NCBI RefSeq assembly: GCF_988243305.1
Contig: NZ_OZ547136.1
Reading direction: 5' to 3' (one strand)
DNA: 64,000 bases
Position 1 is the stretch's first letter; every line of letters starts with the position of its first letter. The translations under genes were made by a program, and so were the position numbers. Positions 1 through 15,220 of the stretch are shown piece after piece. The notes under the pieces were generated by a model. That model did not search any database and had not been told where the DNA came from. It was given only the letters and a program-made list of their open reading frames with translations.

Positions 1-48
1 TATTTCTGTCACACTCTTTAGTGATTGATAACAAAAGAGGTGCCAGGA

Positions 49-1290
49 ATGAACAAAACGCTAATCGCCGCAACTGTGGCAGGGATAGTTTTACTCGCTT
101 CAAATGCTCAGGCACAAACCGTACCGGAAGGCTATCAGCTGCAGCAAGTGCTCATGATGAGCCGCCATAACTTACGTGCGCCGCTGGCGAACAATGGCAG
201 TGTGCTGGAGCAGTCGACGCCGAATAAATGGCCAGAATGGGACGTCCCCGGTGGGCAACTCACCACCAAAGGTGGCGTGCTCGAAGTGTATATGGGCCAT
301 TACATGCGTGAATGGCTGGCAGAGCAGGGGATGGTAAAATCGGGGGAATGCCCGCCGCCGGACACCGTATATGCCTATGCCAATAGTCTGCAACGTACCG
401 TTGCGACTGCACAGTTCTTTATTACCGGCGCATTCCCCGGGTGTGATATTCCTGTGCATCACCAGGAAAAAATGGGCACTATGGACCCAACCTTTAACCC
501 AGTGATCACCGATGATTCCGCCGCATTCAGTGAACAGGCGGTGGCGGCAATGGAGAAAGAGCTCAGCAAACTCCAGCTTACCGACAGCTACCAGCTACTG
601 GAAAAAATCGTTAACTATAAAGATTCCCCTGCCTGTAAAGAGAAACAACAATGTTCGCTGGTGGATGGCAAAAATACCTTTAGCGCGAAGTATCAACAAG
701 AACCAGGTGTTTCCGGGCCGCTGAAAGTCGGCAACTCGCTGGTAGATGCGTTTACTTTGCAATATTACGAAGGTTTTCCGATGGATCAGGTGGCCTGGGG
801 AGAAATCAAATCTGACCAGCAGTGGAAGGTGTTGTCGAAGCTGAAAAACGGTTACCAGGACAGCCTGTTTACCTCACCGGAAGTGGCGCGCAATGTTGCG
901 AAACCGCTGGTCAGTTATATCGACAAAGCCCTGGTCACCGATCGCACCAGCGCACCGAAAATCACGGTGTTAGTTGGGCACGACTCCAACATTGCCTCTC
1001 TATTAACGGCGCTGGATTTCAAACCGTATCAGTTGCATGACCAGAACGAACGCACGCCGATTGGCGGCAAAATCGTTTTCCAGCGTTGGCATGACAGCAA
1101 AGCCAATCGCGATTTGATGAAAATTGAATATGTGTACCAGAGTGCGGAACAGTTACGTAATGCCGATGCGTTAACCCTTCAGGCACCTGCGCAGCGCGTG
1201 ACGCTGGAATTAAGCGGTTGTCCGATAGATGCCAACGGTTTCTGCCCAATGGATAAGTTTGATAGCGTGTTGAATGAAGCGGTGAAATAA
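49..1290 (+). CDS. agp: Glucose-1-phosphatase (periplasmic histidine acid phosphatase)
   Basis: ORF 25..1290; signal peptide [22 protein letters not shown] and RHNLRAP histidine-phosphatase motif; near-identical to recalled E. coli Agp; start placed at the MNKT Met. Confidence 0.9.
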   Translation: MNKTLIAATVAGIVLLASNAQAQTVPEGYQLQQVLMMSRHNLRAPLANNGSVLEQSTPNKWPEWDVPGGQLTTKGGVLEVYMGHYMREWLAEQGMVKSGECPPPDTVYAYANSLQRTVATAQFFITGAFPGCDIPVHHQEKMGTMDPTFNPVITDDSAAFSEQAVAAMEKELSKLQLTDSYQLLEKIVNYKDSPACKEKQQCSLVDGKNTFSAKYQQEPGVSGPLKVGNSLVDAFTLQYYEGFPMDQVAWGEIKSDQQWKVLSKLKNGYQDSLFTSPEVARNVAKPLVSYIDKALVTDRTSAPKITVLVGHDSNIASLLTALDFKPYQLHDQNERTPIGGKIVFQRWHDSKANRDLMKIEYVYQSAEQLRNADALTLQAPAQRVTLELSGCPIDANGFCPMDKFDSVLNEAVK

Positions 1291-1297
1291 CAGAAAA

Positions 1298-1320
1298 CTC
1301 CCCCGCGAGAAGCGGGGGAG
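1298..1320. terminator. GC-rich hairpin between convergent agp and yccJ
   Basis: Inverted repeat ctcccccgc-gaga-gcgggggag directly after the agp stop codon. Confidence 0.4.
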
Positions 1321-1327
1321 TCGCGTA

Positions 1328-1555
1328 TTAAACGTTTTTACGTTCGATGGTCTGTTCGCCCCAAAAAAGCGAATCTTTATCGGTCTTAGCAAAGGCTTTG
1401 ACTAACACTTCATCGCTACCTTCTTCCCAAATCTTTTCCGCCATTTTTTCGTCGTACCCGGCGACTTCGAAAATGGCCTCGGCTATTTCCGGCGACGTAT
1501 TGCGCAGAGATGCCCATTCACCGACGTGATGAGCTTTCGCTTCTTGAGTTGGCAT
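1328..1555 (-). CDS. yccJ: YccJ family small protein
   Basis: 75-aa ORF in the conserved position between agp and wrbA; matches recalled YccJ. Confidence 0.8.
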
Positions 1556-1575
1556 GCGTATCCTCCTGTTGAAGA

Positions 1576-2172
1576 TTAGCCGTTAAGTTTAACTGCCAGA
1601 CCTGCGACATATTCCCCTTGATAACGAGCAATAGACAGTTCTTCCTGGCTGGGCTGGCGTGAACCGTCACCGCCTGCGATGGTGGTTGCGCCGTACGGCG
1701 TACCGCCGCGAACCTGTGAAACGTCAAATAATTCCTGCGCTGCGTAGCCAATGGGGACAATCACCATGCCGTGATGCGCAAGGGTCGTCCAGGTGGATGT
1801 GATGGTTTGTTCCTGACCGCCGCCAGTACCGGTGGAACTAAAGACGCTCGCCAGTTTTCCGTATAGTGCGCCGGAAGCCCACAGGCCGCCCGTCTGGTCG
1901 AGGAAGGTACGCATTTGACCGGACATGTTGCCAAAGCGGGTAGGTGTACCAAAAATAATGGCGTCGTAATCGGCCAGTTCTTGCGGGGTTGCAACCGGTG
2001 CAGTTTGCGTTTTACCACCTGCTTTTTCAAATAATTGCGGCGGCATGGTTTCCGGTACACGCTTAACGACAACTTCTGCGCCATCCACTTCGCTTGCACC
2101 CTCAGCGACTGCGCGTGCCATCGTTTCAATATGTCCGTACATGGAATAATAAAGCACCAGAACTTTAGCCAT
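1576..2172 (-). CDS. wrbA: NAD(P)H:quinone oxidoreductase WrbA (flavodoxin-like)
   Basis: 198-aa ORF starting [19 protein letters not shown], a flavodoxin-like signature. Confidence 0.9.
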
Positions 2173-2544
2173 TTCTAACCACTCCTCGTGTTATCTCTAT
2201 TCCGTAGCGATTCGCTACCACTTATTTAAAGATAAGACGTCCTTTTCAGAGTGCAAATTTCACAACCACTTATTTGATTTATAACAACTTTCACAAGCAC
2301 GTAATTTTGTCGCAAAATGACACATTTTTATCTCATCGCGTTTTTTTAATCATAAGAGCGGCTTATGGATAATTATTGGAGATGATATCTATTCTCGCTA
2401 AGAAGCTGTTGCAGGATATTACTAAACGCGGGTCTGCCCGCGTCAGTTCACTAAGCTTAGTCCCACGTAGCGAAAATATGGCAGCCGCCATACGCCGCGT
2501 TAATTCTATGCAATATGATGTCTATACCCAGACGGAGGTCAGTA

Positions 2545-2718
2545 ATGGCAAACCATCGAGGCGGTTCCGGCAATTTTGCAGAAGACCGCGAAAGAGCATC
2601 AGAAGCAGGTAAAAAAGGTGGACAGCACAGCGGGGGTAATTTCAAAAATGACCCGCAGCGCGCATCAGAAGCAGGTAAAAAAGGTGGCAAGAGCAGTCAC
2701 GGCAAAAGTGACAACTAG
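2545..2718 (+). CDS. ymdF: KGG-repeat stress-induced small protein
   Basis: Repeated SEAGKKGG motifs; start placed at the internal Met (MANHRGG) of ORF 2515..2718. Confidence 0.65.
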   Translation: MANHRGGSGNFAEDRERASEAGKKGGQHSGGNFKNDPQRASEAGKKGGKSSHGKSDN

Positions 2719-2800
2719 CCGGACTAATCAGTGACGAATGCATTTTTGTCTGAAGCTCGTCAAAAAGTCATCACCGCCGGTTACCCCGGCGGTTTTCTGT

Positions 2801-4129
2801 TTATGGCTCCTGATGAACAACTTCTGGCGGTGGAACGTCAACCAACCTTCTACTTAACAACGCATTGAGTAAAATCGCGCCAAAGGTTGCTGTACCGATC
2901 CCTCCCAACGTAAAACCGCCCAGCGTGAGAGCAAAATCACCCGCGCCCAGCACTAAGGTTACTGCGACCATAATCAAATTACCGTTCTGGCTTAAATCGA
3001 CACGGTTTTGTACCCAGATCCGTGCGCCTGCGACGGCAATCAGCCCAAACACAACAATTGAAGCACCACCAATCACCGGTGCAGGAATGGTATGGATCAG
3101 CGCGCCAAATTTCGGCGAAAAGCCCAACAGCATGGCGATGACGGCAGCAGCAACAAATACCAGCGTCGAGTAGACTTTGGTCACGGCCATCACACCGATA
3201 TTTTCAGCATAGGTGGTCACGCCGCTACCGCCGACAGAGCCGGAAAGCATCGTTGCCAGACCATCGCCTACGAATGCCCGCCCCATATACGGGTCCATAT
3301 AGCGTCCGGTCATCCCGGCGACCGCCTTGAGATGGCCTAAGTTTTCCGCCACCAGAATCACCGCCACGGGCGCAATCAGCATCATTGCCTGACCATTAAA
3401 AGCCGGAGTGGAAAAATGCGGCAGACCGAACCAGGCAGCATGGCTGACGAGAGTAAAATCGACGGCTTTTCCCAGCCCTAAAACGTTGGTCATCACGCCA
3501 TACAGCAGACAGGCGACAATTAATCCTACGAGAATCAATAATCGCTGGATCATGCCACGTGTAAACACCGCCACCAGCCCAATACACAGCACCGTCATTA
3601 CCGCCATCCAGCTATCAAAGGCCGAAGCCGATACACTTTTCACTGCGATAGGCGCTAAGTTCAGGCCAATCGCCATCACCACCGCACCCGTCACCACCGG
3701 CGGCATCAGCCGTTCAATCCAGCGCGTACCGATTTTCATCACCACCAGGCCAATGACGGTATAAACCAGCCCACAGGTGATAATCCCGCCCAGCGCAATG
3801 CTGATATTCGGGTTAATGCCCTGACCGTTAAAGCCCGTCGCGGCAATCACCACGCCGACAAAAGCCGCGCTGGAACCGAGATAACTGGGGACGCACCCGC
3901 CGGTAATAAAGAAAAACAGTAACGTGCCGATCCCCGACATTAAAATGGAAAGGTTGGGATCCAGCCCCATCAGAATCGGCATTAACACCGTCGCGCCAAA
4001 CATCGCCACCGCGTGTTGAACGCCCATTATTGCCGTCTGAGCAAACGGCAATCGTTCATCCGGCGCGACCACGCCGCTCTCTGTAGAGGTCGATTTTAAC
4101 TGCCAGTGAGGAAAACCGAACATTGCCAT
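2801..4129 (-). CDS. rutG: Pyrimidine permease RutG (NCS2 family)
   Basis: Polytopic membrane ORF 2801..4156 first in the rut cluster; start trimmed to MAMFGF. Confidence 0.85.
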   Translation of the reverse strand: MAMFGFPHWQLKSTSTESGVVAPDERLPFAQTAIMGVQHAVAMFGATVLMPILMGLDPNLSILMSGIGTLLFFFITGGCVPSYLGSSAAFVGVVIAATGFNGQGINPNISIALGGIITCGLVYTVIGLVVMKIGTRWIERLMPPVVTGAVVMAIGLNLAPIAVKSVSASAFDSWMAVMTVLCIGLVAVFTRGMIQRLLILVGLIVACLLYGVMTNVLGLGKAVDFTLVSHAAWFGLPHFSTPAFNGQAMMLIAPVAVILVAENLGHLKAVAGMTGRYMDPYMGRAFVGDGLATMLSGSVGGSGVTTYAENIGVMAVTKVYSTLVFVAAAVIAMLLGFSPKFGALIHTIPAPVIGGASIVVFGLIAVAGARIWVQNRVDLSQNGNLIMVAVTLVLGAGDFALTLGGFTLGGIGTATFGAILLNALLSRRLVDVPPPEVVHQEP

Positions 4130-4149
4130 CAGCTGTCTCCTTAAGGAGG

Positions 4150-4644
4150 TTAACAAGCAGGGCGCATCAACGCGTGATAACTGCGATCAAACCACACCAG
4201 CCCGTAGGGGGTGGCGTGACGATGAATCGCTTCGATGGCGCAAAACAGAATGTCGTGGGTGCCGACGCTCACCACCTGGCTGATACGGCAGTCAAACGAA
4301 ACCAGAGCCTCCTCCAGTTGCGGGCATCCGGTCACACCAGTCTGCCAGCGGGCGGCGGCAAAGCGGTGTTCCATGGGCGTTTTGCCGCCAAAAAGGTTTG
4401 AAAGCGGCTCCTGCCCGGCGCTAAGTGTATTTACACACAGCGTTCGATTTTCATTGAATACCGGCCAGACGGACGCCCCACGATTCAGGCACACCAGTAA
4501 TGTGGGCGGCGTATCGGTCACGCTGCAGACGGCGCTGGCGGTGAACCCGGCGCGCCCGGCTGGACCGTCCGTGGTGATAATATTGACCGCCGCGCCCATG
4601 CAGGACATCGCATCGCGAAAAGTTTGTTGATCGACAATGTTCAT
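4150..4644 (-). CDS. rutF: FMN reductase RutF
   Basis: 164-aa flavin-reductase-like ORF in rut operon order. Confidence 0.85.
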
Positions 4645-4654
4645 AGTTTGCTCC

Positions 4655-5245
4655 TTACATCAGCCCGCAGGCTTCTTCAAAGGACAGACGTGGCAGGCGC
4701 GCATAAAGCTTGCTGCTATCGCCATAGCCGATATTAATCAGCAGATTGCTCTTCAGCGTGCTGCCCGTAAAAAAGGCGTCGTCCACGTGTTGACGATCAA
4801 AGCCGGACATCGGGCCGGTATCCAGCCCCAGCGCCCGGCAGGCGACGATCAGATAGGCCGCCTGCATGGAACTGTTGCGAAACGCTGTTTCTTCGGCAAG
4901 TTGTGGGCTGGAGGTAAACCAACTGCGGGCATCGCCGTGAGGAAACAGCTGTGGTAACCGTTCATAAAATTCACTGTCCCAGGCGACGATCGCGGTGACG
5001 GGCGCGGTCAGGGTTTTTTGCAGATTGCCGCTGGAAAGCGCCGGGCGCAGACGTTCTTTTCCTTCTGCAGTGCGGATAAACACGATCCGTGCCGGAGAAC
5101 AGTTAGCTGATGTCGGCCCCCATTTCATCAGGGCATAAATCTCCCGTAACGTCTCATCGCTGACGGGTGTCTCCCGCCAGCCGTTGTGAGTGCGGGCATC
5201 GGTGAATAGGGTGCTAAGCGCACCAGGGCTAACGGCTTCGTTCAT
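4655..5245 (-). CDS. rutE: Nitroreductase-family protein RutE
   Basis: 196-aa ORF in rut operon order. Confidence 0.85.
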   Translation of the reverse strand: MNEAVSPGALSTLFTDARTHNGWRETPVSDETLREIYALMKWGPTSANCSPARIVFIRTAEGKERLRPALSSGNLQKTLTAPVTAIVAWDSEFYERLPQLFPHGDARSWFTSSPQLAEETAFRNSSMQAAYLIVACRALGLDTGPMSGFDRQHVDDAFFTGSTLKSNLLINIGYGDSSKLYARLPRLSFEEACGLM

Positions 5246-6054
5246 AGCAATTCCTTACAGGCGGCTTCACGGTGATGTAACAGGCTGGCAAGCCCGTTGA
5301 GTAACAGAGCATTAAACGTTTCGGGATCGGTCACGTTGCAGGCGTGTCCGCCATAGCGCATCACCATTTTCTGGCTATCGGGCAGGGCGGCATGAAGTTC
5401 ACTGGAACATGCTGATGGCACCAGCAGATCATCACTGGCGCAGATGATTTGCACCTGGCAGCGGATGCGATCCGCATGGTGACTAAAGTCAGCGCGTTTG
5501 AGGGCGTTAAGTCGACGCAGTAAATTATTTTTGCCCTGAAAATGCGCCAGTGCCAGCGCGTCTTCTGCCTCCAGGCGAGGTGCGCGGGCCGCTATCCAGT
5601 CGGCGGGATAGAGGAACAACGGCTGCGCTTCCACCCATGCCTGCGCGCCGCCGCTATGTAGTAACTGCTCGCGAACCTGAAAACAGCGGCGCGTATGGGC
5701 GTTTATTCGTAGCCAGCCGTTAACGCTGACCAGCACAGTTACCGACGCGGGATAATCCAGCGCCAGCTGCATTCCCACCAGCGCACCGAGCGCATGGCCG
5801 ACCACCGCGTAACGCTCAATCCCTACGGTTACCAGCGCCTGATGCAGTTCCGCTGCCATCTGGGTGATACTGTAATCTTCTGCCAGCGTGTCGGGATTAT
5901 TGCCGGTGCCGCGCTGGTCGTAACAGACTATCTGATACTCCTGCTCCAGCACCGCCAGTTGCGGTAACCAGTAACTGCCGCTACCGCCAAGACCCGAAAT
6001 CAACACCACTACGGGCGCATCAGCATAAGGGGGAGGTGAGAGTGAAAGTTTCAT
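5242..6054 (-). CDS. rutD: Alpha/beta hydrolase RutD (aminoacrylate hydrolase)
   Basis: Alpha/beta-hydrolase signature GHALGA in ORF 5242..6081; start trimmed to MKLSLSPP. Confidence 0.85.
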   Translation of the reverse strand: MKLSLSPPPYADAPVVVLISGLGGSGSYWLPQLAVLEQEYQIVCYDQRGTGNNPDTLAEDYSITQMAAELHQALVTVGIERYAVVGHALGALVGMQLALDYPASVTVLVSVNGWLRINAHTRRCFQVREQLLHSGGAQAWVEAQPLFLYPADWIAARAPRLEAEDALALAHFQGKNNLLRRLNALKRADFSHHADRIRCQVQIICASDDLLVPSACSSELHAALPDSQKMVMRYGGHACNVTDPETFNALLLNGLASLLHHREAACKELL

Positions 6055-6061
6055 CGCGGCC

Positions 6062-6448
6062 TCACTTGGCGATATGCGCAATTGTGGCGATTTCCACCAG
6101 CGCGTCAGGTTTTACCAGTCCGCACTGAATGCAGAATCGCGCCGGTTTATCACCCGGAAAAAACTCGGCGTAGATTTCGTTAATCGCGGCGTAATTTTTC
6201 CAGTCGGTAATAAAGATGCTGTTGAAGGTCACGTCCGCCATCGTGCCACCCGCCGTCTCGATCACCTTGCGGATGGTTTCCAGAACGTGGCGGGTTTGCG
6301 CCTTTGGGTCATCGGCAAACAGCACGTTATTATGTTGATCAAAAGCCAGCGTACCGGAGACATACACCACGCCATCCGCCAGCGTGCCGGGAACGAAGGG
6401 AGCCAGCGGTGCGCTGCTGCCAGCGGGAATAATTACGGATTTTGGCAT
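6062..6448 (-). CDS. rutC: RidA-family aminoacrylate deaminase RutC
   Basis: 128-aa YjgF/RidA-like ORF in rut operon order. Confidence 0.85.
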
Positions 6449-6459
6449 CGTTAAACTCC

Positions 6460-8300
<1,841 letters not shown>

Positions 8301-8530
8301 ATCCTTTTCAGCCGCGTAATGGTTTGTTTGCAAAGCGGATGCCAGTTTTTAAAAAGTGAATGTTATTAATATGTTAATGTTAAGTTGTCTAAAATATCTG
8401 GAAAAAAGTGGACTAAACGGTCAAAACAGTTGCACATAAAACATGCATCCGTGCGCGATGAAAGTGCAGAAGGTCGAGGCCGGGCAGGGGTTTTGCTATC
8501 CTGTTGCCAATCTACAAGAGGGGAGAGCGC

Positions 8531-9169
8531 ATGACGCAAGGCGCAGTGAAAACAACGGGTAAACGTTCGCGCGCAGTGAGCGCGAAGAAAAAAGCGATTC
8601 TTAGCGCAGCACTGGACACTTTTTCACAATTCGGTTTTCACGGCACAAGGCTGGAGCAGATCGCAGAGTTGGCAGGCGTTTCAAAAACCAATTTGCTGTA
8701 TTACTTCCCGTCAAAAGAGGCGCTGTATATAGCCGTACTGCGGCAGATTCTCGATATCTGGCTGGCACCGTTAAAAGCGTTTCGTGAAGATTTCGCCCCG
8801 CTGGCGGCGATCAAAGAGTACATCCGTCTGAAGCTGGAAGTCTCACGCGATTATCCGCAGGCTTCACGTCTGTTTTGTATGGAGATGCTGGCAGGCGCAC
8901 CGCTGTTAATGGATGAACTGACGGGTGATTTGAAAGCATTAATTGATGAGAAATCGGCGCTGATTGCCGGTTGGGTCAAAAGCGGCAAACTCGCGCCGAT
9001 TGATCCGCAGCATTTGATTTTTATGATTTGGGCTTCCACTCAACATTACGCCGATTTCGCCCCTCAGGTGGAGGCGGTGACAGGCGCGACGTTGCGCGAT
9101 GAGGTATTTTTCAATCAAACGGTTGAAAACGTGCAGCGGATTATTATTGAGGGGATTCGACCACGTTAA
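8531..9169 (+). CDS. rutR: TetR-family repressor RutR
   Basis: ORF 8504..9169 with TetR-type N-terminal HTH, divergent from the rut operon; start trimmed to MTQGAVK. Confidence 0.85.
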   Translation: MTQGAVKTTGKRSRAVSAKKKAILSAALDTFSQFGFHGTRLEQIAELAGVSKTNLLYYFPSKEALYIAVLRQILDIWLAPLKAFREDFAPLAAIKEYIRLKLEVSRDYPQASRLFCMEMLAGAPLLMDELTGDLKALIDEKSALIAGWVKSGKLAPIDPQHLIFMIWASTQHYADFAPQVEAVTGATLRDEVFFNQTVENVQRIIIEGIRPR

Positions 9170-9208
9170 AGATGCCGGAGGAGGTTGTAACATCCTCCGG
9201 CTTCCTGC

Positions 9209-12200
9209 TTAACCGATCGTCATTAAACTGGCGTTACCGCCAGCGGCAGCGGTATTCACACTCAGCGAACGCTCGATATACAGCCGTTCCAGCAGGATAT
9301 TGCTTTCGCCACGGGCAAAACCCTGCACCGAAACAATTGCGCCATCCCGCGCGGCAACTGCTTCACACAATGCGCGAAGCTGATCCGAATCACCGTGGAA
9401 GATCACCGCATCAAACGGTTGAGCGGTTATATTTTCCGCTTTCGCCAGTTGAATACGTTCGCTGACTGCCGATGGCAATGCCTTCACTAACTGACGATGC
9501 AGCGCGTCATCCGGCCACAGCACCTGGCTGCCCACCGCCAGCACGGCGGCGAGCTGAGTCAGCGCATCCTGCTCATCATCCGCAATACACAACACGCGCT
9601 CGCGCGGCAGCAGCGTCCAGGTGTTGCGTTCACCCGTCGGCCCTGGCAGCAATCGTTGTGTTCCTGCCTGCGCCAGCTCGCCATATTGCGTACATAACGC
9701 CTGCAATTCTGGACGGTTTGCCGCCCATTCCCGCAGTGCATTTAGCGGCTGAGTCAATGCGGCTTTCAACTGCGCATCGACCGGATACTCTGCATCCTGA
9801 CGCGCGAGCGTCACTGCCAGTGCACTTTCCGGGCGATTCGCCAGCAGACGGTAGAGATAGAGCGGACCGCCTGCTTTCGGCCCGGTGCCGGACAACCCTT
9901 CGCCGCCGAATGGCTGCACCCCGACCACTGCGCCCACCATATTACGGTTAACGTACAGGTTACCGACATGGGCCGAGCCAGTGACCTGGGCGATGGTTTC
10001 ATCAATGCGCGTATGGACGCCAAGCGTCAGACCATAACCGGAAGCGTTAATTTGCTCGATCAGCTCCGGCAGCTGGTTACGGTTATAACGCACCACATGC
10101 AGCACCGGACCAAAGACCTCTTTTTGCAATTCGGCAAAGTCATCCAGTTCAATCAGCGTCGGGGCGACAAAGGTGCCGCTTTGCCATTCACGGGCATCTT
10201 CACTGTTTTCCCGCACTGCCTGGAACACCGGACGGCCTTTACTACGCATAGTCTGAATATGACGCTCAATATTGGCTTTCGCTTCGCTATCAATCACCGG
10301 ACCGATATCGGTGGTCAGGCGACCAGGATTACCCATCCGGCATTCGGCCATTGCGCCGCGCAGCATTTTCAACGTGTGGTCGGCAATCTCATCTTGCAGG
10401 CACAGCACGCGCAGTGCCGAACAACGCTGGCCCGCACTGTCGAACGCTGAGGCCAGCACATCTATTACGACTTGTTCGGTCAGGGCGGAGGAGTCGACAA
10501 TCATCGCGTTCATGCCGCCGGTTTCCGCGATGAGCGGAATAGGGCGACCCTGAGCGTCCAGGCGGCTGGCGATATTGCGTTGCAGTAACGTAGCGACTTC
10601 GGTTGAACCGGTAAACATCACCCCGCGCACGCGATCATCACCCGTCAGTTGCGCGCCCACGGTTTCCCCCTGACCTGGCAGCAATTGCACCACGCCTGGT
10701 GGTACACCCGCTTCCAGCAAAATTGCGATCCCTTGCGCGGCAATCAGCGGCGTTTGTTCTGCCGGTTTTGCCAGCACGCTGTTACCTGCCGCCAGTGCGG
10801 CGGCGATCTGCCCGGTGAAAATAGCCAGCGGGAAGTTCCACGGACTGATACACACCACAGGCCCTAATGGACGGTGGGTTTCGTTAGCGAAATCATCCCG
10901 CACCTGTCCGGCGTAGTAGTGGAGAAAATCGACCGCTTCGCGCACTTCGGCAATGGCGTTACTGAAGGTTTTTCCGGCCTCACGCACCAGAATACCAATC
11001 AGTTGCTGCATCTGGCTTTCCATCAGCACGGCAGCGCGATGCAAAATCGCCGCGCGTTCAGCCGGAGGCGTGGCAAACCAGATTGGCGCGTTATTAACCG
11101 CACTTTCCAGCGCCAGTTCTACTTCACGCGGCGTGGCTTCACGCACATAGCCCACAATATCTTTCGGTTCCGCAGGGTTAATAACGGGCGACATCTCACC
11201 AGCCGTGACCGGTTGTTCCAGCATTGGCAAGGCCTGCCATTTTTGCAGTGCACTATTGAGCAGGGCAGAAGAGAGCGAGGCCAGACGGTGTTCGTTAGCG
11301 AGATCCAGCCCTGCCGAGTTGTCGCGCCCGTGACCGTAAAGATCGCGCGGCAGGGGAATTTTCGGATGCGGTAATCCAGTTTGCCCTTCCTGTTGCGCCA
11401 GTTTTTCTACAGCAGTGACCGGATCGGCGACCAGTTCATCCAGTGGCAAAGAGGTGTCGGCAATACGGTTAACAAACGAGGTGTTAGCACCGTTTTCCAG
11501 CAGGCGGCGCACCAGATACGCCAGCAGCGTTTCATGTGTGCCAACCGGGGCATAAATACGACACGGACGGTTAAGTTTGCCGTCGGCAACTTTCCCGGTG
11601 ACCTGCTCATACAGTGGCTCGCCCATACCATGCAGGCACTGGAACTCGTACTGACCCGGATAGTAGTTTTGACCCGCCAGTTGATAAATTGCCGCCAGCG
11701 TATGGGCGTTGTGCGTCGCGAACTGCGGGTAGATTAAATTCGGCACCGCCAGCAGCTTTTTCGCACAGGCGAGATATGAAACGTCGGTATACACCTTGCG
11801 GGTATAAACCGGATAACCTTCAAGGCCGTCCATCTGTGCACGCTTGATTTCACTATCCCAGTACGCGCCTTTCACCAGGCGAATCATCAGACGGCGACGG
11901 CTGCGGGTGGCGAGATCAATCAGGTAATCAATCACCAACGGACAGCGTTTTTGATAAGCCTGAATAACAAAACCGATGCCGTTCCAGCCTGCCAGTTCCG
12001 GCTCGAAACAGAGTTTTTCCAGCAGATCGAGGGAGATCTCCAGACGATCGGCCTCTTCGGCATCGATGTTAATACCAATATCGTACTGACGCGCCAGCAG
12101 GGTGAGTGATTTCAGACGCGGGTAAAGCTCTTCCATTACCCGATCATACTGGGCGCGGCTGTAACGCGGATGCAGCGCCGACAGCTTGATTGAAATGCCC

Positions 12201-13171
12201 GGACCTTCATAGATGCCACGACCATTGGACGCTTTACCAATGGCGTGAATCGCCTGCTGATAGGAAACCATATACGCCTGTGCATCTGCGGCAGTCAGCG
12301 CGGCTTCGCCCAGCATGTCGTAAGAGTAACGGAAACCTTTCTCTTCCAGCTTGCGGGCATTGGCTAACGCTTCCGCGATGGTTTCGCCAGTGACGAACTG
12401 CTCGCCCATCAGGCGCATCGCCATATCCACACCTTTGCGGATCAGCGGTTCACCGCTCTTACCGATAATGCGGTTCAGCGAGCGGGAGAGGCTGGCTTCG
12501 TTATGGGTGGAAACCAGTTTGCCGGTAAACAGCAGCCCCCAGGTGGCGGCATTAACAAACAGGGACGGGCTACGACCAATGTGTGACTGCCAGTTACCGT
12601 TGCTGATTTTGTCGCGAATTAACGCATCACGGGTGGCTTTGTCGGGAATACGCAACAACGCTTCTGCCAGACACATCAGCGCCACGCCTTCCTGCGATGA
12701 CAGCGAAAACTCCTGCAATAACCCCTGGACCATACCTGCGCGACCACTGGCATTTTTTTGATTACGCAGTTTATCGGCCAGTTGATATGCCAGTTTATGC
12801 GCCTGTTCAGCAACTGGCTGCGGCAGGCGGGCTTGTTCCAGCAGCATCGAAACCGCTTCGGTTTCCGGGCGGCGATAGGCCGCGGTGATCGCGGCGCGGG
12901 AAACCGACTGGGGCAAAATTTGCTCGGCAAAGTCGAGGAATGGCTGGTGTGGTTCCTCTGCCGGAGTCGGTGCTTCATCGCTCTCATTGGCAGCGCCAGA
13001 AAGCAGCGCAGGTAGCTCCGGCAGAGTATCGCTGTTTTCCAGTTGTTCGAGATAAGAAAAAATCGCCTGCTTAATTAACCAGTGTGGTGTGCGATCGATA
13101 CGTGTCGCGGCAGACTTAATACGCTCACGCGTCGCGTCGTCCAGCTTAACCCCCATGGTGGTGGTTCCCAT
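9209..13171 (-). CDS. putA: Bifunctional proline dehydrogenase / P5C dehydrogenase and repressor PutA
   Basis: ORF 9209..13237 with ribbon-helix-helix N-terminus, proline dehydrogenase and aldehyde dehydrogenase regions; start trimmed to MGTTTMGVKLDD. Confidence 0.9.
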   Translation of the reverse strand: MGTTTMGVKLDDATRERIKSAATRIDRTPHWLIKQAIFSYLEQLENSDTLPELPALLSGAANESDEAPTPAEEPHQPFLDFAEQILPQSVSRAAITAAYRRPETEAVSMLLEQARLPQPVAEQAHKLAYQLADKLRNQKNASGRAGMVQGLLQEFSLSSQEGVALMCLAEALLRIPDKATRDALIRDKISNGNWQSHIGRSPSLFVNAATWGLLFTGKLVSTHNEASLSRSLNRIIGKSGEPLIRKGVDMAMRLMGEQFVTGETIAEALANARKLEEKGFRYSYDMLGEAALTAADAQAYMVSYQQAIHAIGKASNGRGIYEGPGISIKLSALHPRYSRAQYDRVMEELYPRLKSLTLLARQYDIGINIDAEEADRLEISLDLLEKLCFEPELAGWNGIGFVIQAYQKRCPLVIDYLIDLATRSRRRLMIRLVKGAYWDSEIKRAQMDGLEGYPVYTRKVYTDVSYLACAKKLLAVPNLIYPQFATHNAHTLAAIYQLAGQNYYPGQYEFQCLHGMGEPLYEQVTGKVADGKLNRPCRIYAPVGTHETLLAYLVRRLLENGANTSFVNRIADTSLPLDELVADPVTAVEKLAQQEGQTGLPHPKIPLPRDLYGHGRDNSAGLDLANEHRLASLSSALLNSALQKWQALPMLEQPVTAGEMSPVINPAEPKDIVGYVREATPREVELALESAVNNAPIWFATPPAERAAILHRAAVLMESQMQQLIGILVREAGKTFSNAIAEVREAVDFLHYYAGQVRDDFANETHRPLGPVVCISPWNFPLAIFTGQIAAALAAGNSVLAKPAEQTPLIAAQGIAILLEAGVPPGVVQLLPGQGETVGAQLTGDDRVRGVMFTGSTEVATLLQRNIASRLDAQGRPIPLIAETGGMNAMIVDSSALTEQVVIDVLASAFDSAGQRCSALRVLCLQDEIADHTLKMLRGAMAECRMGNPGRLTTDIGPVIDSEAKANIERHIQTMRSKGRPVFQAVRENSEDAREWQSGTFVAPTLIELDDFAELQKEVFGPVLHVVRYNRNQLPELIEQINASGYGLTLGVHTRIDETIAQVTGSAHVGNLYVNRNMVGAVVGVQPFGGEGLSGTGPKAGGPLYLYRLLANRPESALAVTLARQDAEYPVDAQLKAALTQPLNALREWAANRPELQALCTQYGELAQAGTQRLLPGPTGERNTWTLLPRERVLCIADDEQDALTQLAAVLAVGSQVLWPDDALHRQLVKALPSAVSERIQLAKAENITAQPFDAVIFHGDSDQLRALCEAVAARDGAIVSVQGFARGESNILLERLYIERSLSVNTAAAGGNASLMTIG

Positions 13172-13593
13172 GCCATTACTCCTGTTGTTCTGAAAGGTGC
13201 AACTTAACGTTATCGTGAAATATCCATTATGTTGCAACTTTGTGCAACCATGTTAAATGTGACCTACGTAGCAAGCTTAAAAATGAATGAAATGTTAATA
13301 AAAGAAATCGATATGACAGGGATTAAAAAAATAACTCAGACTTTTTCTCTGCGGCAGTTAACATTTTTGAAAGGTGCAACCGCAAAAAATGTGAGAGAGT
13401 GCAACCTGATGAAAAATAGTGTCGCTGAGCACTAAAATTTAATGTAAATGGTGTGTTAAATCGATTGTGAATAACCAGCGCTTCCGGCAGGATACGGTCG
13501 CCCTGGTAAAACATAAACTCTGCTACCCCGTTCCGGTGGCAGATATAACGGCAAGTTTCGACATTGCCGATAATAATTTTTTGGAGACTTTAG

Positions 13594-15102
<1,509 letters not shown>

Positions 15103-15182
15103 GGGACTTAGCCTGCGGCGGTTTTGTTTGGCTTCAGCAGCGGGTTGCGCTCCCTTAATGTGCCTCGCCATATAAATTGAAT

Positions 15183-15220
15183 GGTGCAGGGGGCGGCCAA
15201 TCGCCGCCACCCCCTGCACC
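15183..15220. repeat. Long GC-rich palindrome in the putP–efeU intergenic region
   Basis: ggtgcagggggcgg...ccgccaccccctgcacc inverted repeat. Confidence 0.4.

Noticed and set aside
9472-11374. Several ORFs of 118–166 aa on the plus strand inside putA
   Set aside because: They are antisense to a well supported, highly conserved gene and have Arg/Pro/Ala-rich composition typical of spurious GC-rich frames.
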